A model generated the notes under the pieces. It worked only from the letters and a program-made list of their open reading frames with translations. It was not told where the DNA came from and ran no database searches. A stretch of DNA of 64,000 bases from the human T2T-CHM13v2.0 reference genome, Homo sapiens. Made by a program: the position numbers and the translations under genes. Positions 57,969-64,000 of this stretch are shown here, piece by piece. The stretch lies in NCBI RefSeq assembly GCF_009914755.1, contig NC_060941.1; one strand, written 5' to 3'. Position 1 is the first letter of the stretch; every line of letters begins with the position of its first letter.

Positions 57969-58529
57969 TCACTGTAAACACTGGAAACACAGGCTTTCAT
58001 CTAAAAGAAATACATAATACTATTATAACTCATAGTGTAACAATTGCCTTTTTACAGTTGCATCATCCTTAGCTTGCCCTGTTTGGCTTGAATGGGAGGT
58101 CAGGGGAGAATTGATGACAGAGAGAGAGAAGGGAATTTCAGTCAGTTATCCCAAACAACAGCCCTTGTTGCTTACTTCCAGGGTGAAAGGCAGCAAACAA
58201 CTTACAGATAGACCCTCTTCCTGTGAAGTTTTAACAGGAAAAATGACATCTATAGTTCTTAGTGTGTAATAATAGAAAGTATTCTATTTGAGTTTGTCTA
58301 GTCTTTCCAGACTACACTGAGCTCATATTTTTGGAATGCATACATATATGCATGTTTTCATTTCAAATGTTGTCAAACACTTCTGCTAATGTCACTTACG
58401 ACTAGTATTAAAAATAGACATTATATCCTTTAAGCCTGTAAGAGAAAACTGATACAAAGAATAATGCCCACAGGATATGAGAGTGACACTGCATACTCTC
58501 CACTTTTATAATGTTATATAGTAAATATC

Positions 58530-59153
58530 TATGTAGCAGTTCCTCAAATAATGTCATTTTATTCAACATTGTTTCATTGTAACTCTGATGAGAAAAAAAA
58601 AAAACAATCAATTCCCAGCTGGGGCCACTGTCTGTGTGGCACTTGCATGTTCTCCCCGCATCTGCATGGGTTTTTTCCAGGTAGTCCGGTTTCCTCCCAC
58701 ATCCTAAATATGTGCACGTTAGGTGAACTAGTGTGTTGAAGTTGCCCCAGTCTGTGTGAGTGGGAGTGTGTGAGTACACTCTGCAATGGAATGGTGTCTG
58801 TCTAGGGCTGGTTCCCTCCTTGTACCCTGAGTTGCCAGGATAGGTTCCAGCCACCTGTGACCCTGAACTAGAATAAACAGGTAATTACTTATCTTACTTG
58901 TTTTTATTAATCTCTCTTAAATGTGTACATAGCTCACATTTATTTCAATGTTTAATATTAGAAGTGTCTTGGTCTTTATTTAGAAGTATGGTGATGTATT
59001 TGTGACCAGAAATATGCTATAGGAACTTAACTCTTGCTTACATCAATTAGCCCATGGTAAAATTGGTTTTGTTATACATCGTTTTGCTTAAAGTCGTAGT
59101 TTGCTTAAAGTCATTGTCATTTCCTATTAACAGAATAAGGTGAGGACTTATTG
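58530..59153. mobile_element. MER6/MER6A-like TcMar-Tigger DNA transposon
   Basis: Termini agcagttcctcaaataatgtc / gtgaggacttattg, and internal ggggccactgtctgtgtgg...ccggtttcctcccacatcc block. Confidence 0.75.
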
Positions 59154-59394
59154 TATTGTGCACTGTTTTGTTACATTTCTTATACAATATACATTTATAT
59201 ATTAGAAATATTTCCTATAAAGTCTAGAAATTAAAAAAAAAGCATTTCCCTTCTGAAGTCTGTAGTCAGAAGGGCCCTGCTTTTAAAATGAAATATAATA
59301 AAAGAAAAAAATTCAGAAGGACATTGCTATGGTTCTAAATGTGCAACACAGGTTGTGTACTTAGAAATATCAACCACATTAGAAATATACTTTA

Positions 59395-59574
<180 letters not shown>

Positions 59575-59749
59575 TCAGTTTGCTCAAGTTCTTGACAGAA
59601 CCAAAAGCCCACCAGCCCATCCAGAGGACCTGTTCCCTACTCCCTAAGCCATTCCTAGAGTTGCACTGACCCCTTTGCACCAGCAGAGGGTGCCAGAACC
59701 CACCCCCACCCCCGCTCCACCACCAGTTTCCAGCCCACAAGGATCCTTA

Positions 59750-59908
<159 letters not shown>

Positions 59909-60122
59909 CTAAGAGTATTTTTAGTTTCTAAGTTTAGATTTCATGATTATAAAAGTGCTCTTGGGAGATTTTCAGAGGTAGAAGAAACCCGCAGTTGAAG
60001 CGCAGTTTCACAAGACACAATCCCTGGGCTGTTGCAGAGCCTCCCCTGCAAATGCCACAAATCACAGGTGATGGTTCAGGTGAGGGTTCTGCTCCTGCCC
60101 GTCCATCAGAATTCTCTGGTAA

Positions 60123-63945
<3,823 letters not shown>

Positions 63946-64000
63946 ATTATTGCCCTTTTAGTAATTCCCTTACTTATAATACCTAACTAAATTTAAACCA

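Overview
Alu-dense primate (very probably human, 17q22) genomic DNA with two minus-strand genes in tandem. Left part (1-16.2 kb): the 5' region of SEPTIN4/SEPT4. It has several alternative first coding exons (ATG-only exon in a CpG island, MDRSLGWQ..., MPGFYSVMTDEE, MRSSPALF...), all ending in phase 0, plus the two-exon C17orf47 unit (570 aa). An internal donor and an 8-nt microexon can splice C17orf47 in frame onto the septin core, which lies left of the window. Right part (28.5-60 kb): the last 18 coding exons of TEX14, which join into one open frame of 632 codons plus stop, followed by the 3'UTR and an AATAAA signal. The rest is Alu, L1, L2/MIR, CR1, MER5/MER6 and MLT/MST repeats and microsatellites. 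There are no prokaryotic systems, CRISPR arrays or recognisable RNA genes. The most interesting structure is the SEPTIN4 N-terminal splicing arrangement, where one 8-nt segment is read in two frames and one 97-nt exon is coding or poison depending on the start used. Gene names and isoform identities come from my recall of the proteins, not a search. From memory the fused isoform is already annotated, so only the extra candidate exons and mechanisms are potentially new.
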